Source: a virus (taxonomy: Duplodnaviria; Caudoviricetes). Taken from it: 64,000 nucleotides of DNA. The translations under genes were made by a program, and so were the position numbers. A model generated the notes under the pieces. That model was not told where the DNA came from and ran no database searches. It was given only the letters and a program-made list of their open reading frames with translations. The DNA is taken from IMG/VR virus record IMGVR_UViG_3300044991_002130, positions 10,406 to 74,405 of that record; one strand, 5' to 3'. Below, piece after piece: positions 63,876 through 64,000 of the stretch (position 1 is the stretch's first letter; each line of letters opens with the position of its first letter).

Positions 63876-64000
63876 ATGAACGAGCCTTTATTCACTTGGG
63901 TTATAAATACTTATAAAAGCACTCCGTATTTGCGGCTCGCGATTGAGTCCATTCGTGAAAATGCTTATTATAAAAATCAACCCATTCTTGTGTATTGTGA
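63876..64000 (+). CDS. GT2 glycosyltransferase N-terminus (cut by window end)
   Basis: FTWVINTYK..PYL..AIESI. Confidence 0.6.
   Translation, partial: MNEPLFTWVINTYKSTPYLRLAIESIRENAYYKNQPILVYC

Noticed and set aside
1-64000. Alternative genetic code (stop reassignment)
   Set aside because: Genes are full length under code 11, all three stops are used, and no clear CTA/TTA suppressor tRNA is present.

Overview
Segment of a large T4-like (jumbo) phage genome, about 35% GC by eye, most likely infecting a Gram-negative host. Left end: PolB C-terminus, sliding clamp and clamp loader, followed by RNA-repair and de-ADP-ribosylation genes. About 7.6-38.4 kb is a translation island: about 47 CCA-ended tRNA or tRNA-like genes covering all 20 amino acids (many structurally atypical), a tmRNA, an RNase P RNA, and about 20 unannotated structured RNAs each closed by a terminal stem, interspersed with putative packaged head proteins. 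The island begins with a 43-codon, codon-diverse leader ORF overlapping an antiterminator/terminator pair, a candidate ribosome-stalling attenuator controlling the first tRNA block. One interleaved RNA is a split copy of the 23S rRNA L11/GTPase-associated centre. Right part: UVDE, Rnl1 ligase, HNH nucleases, dNMP kinase, a PD-(D/E)xK nuclease, a large glycosyltransferase/methyltransferase cluster and a PIF1 helicase. All calls come from reading the sequence and recalling motifs; no searches or folding programs were run.
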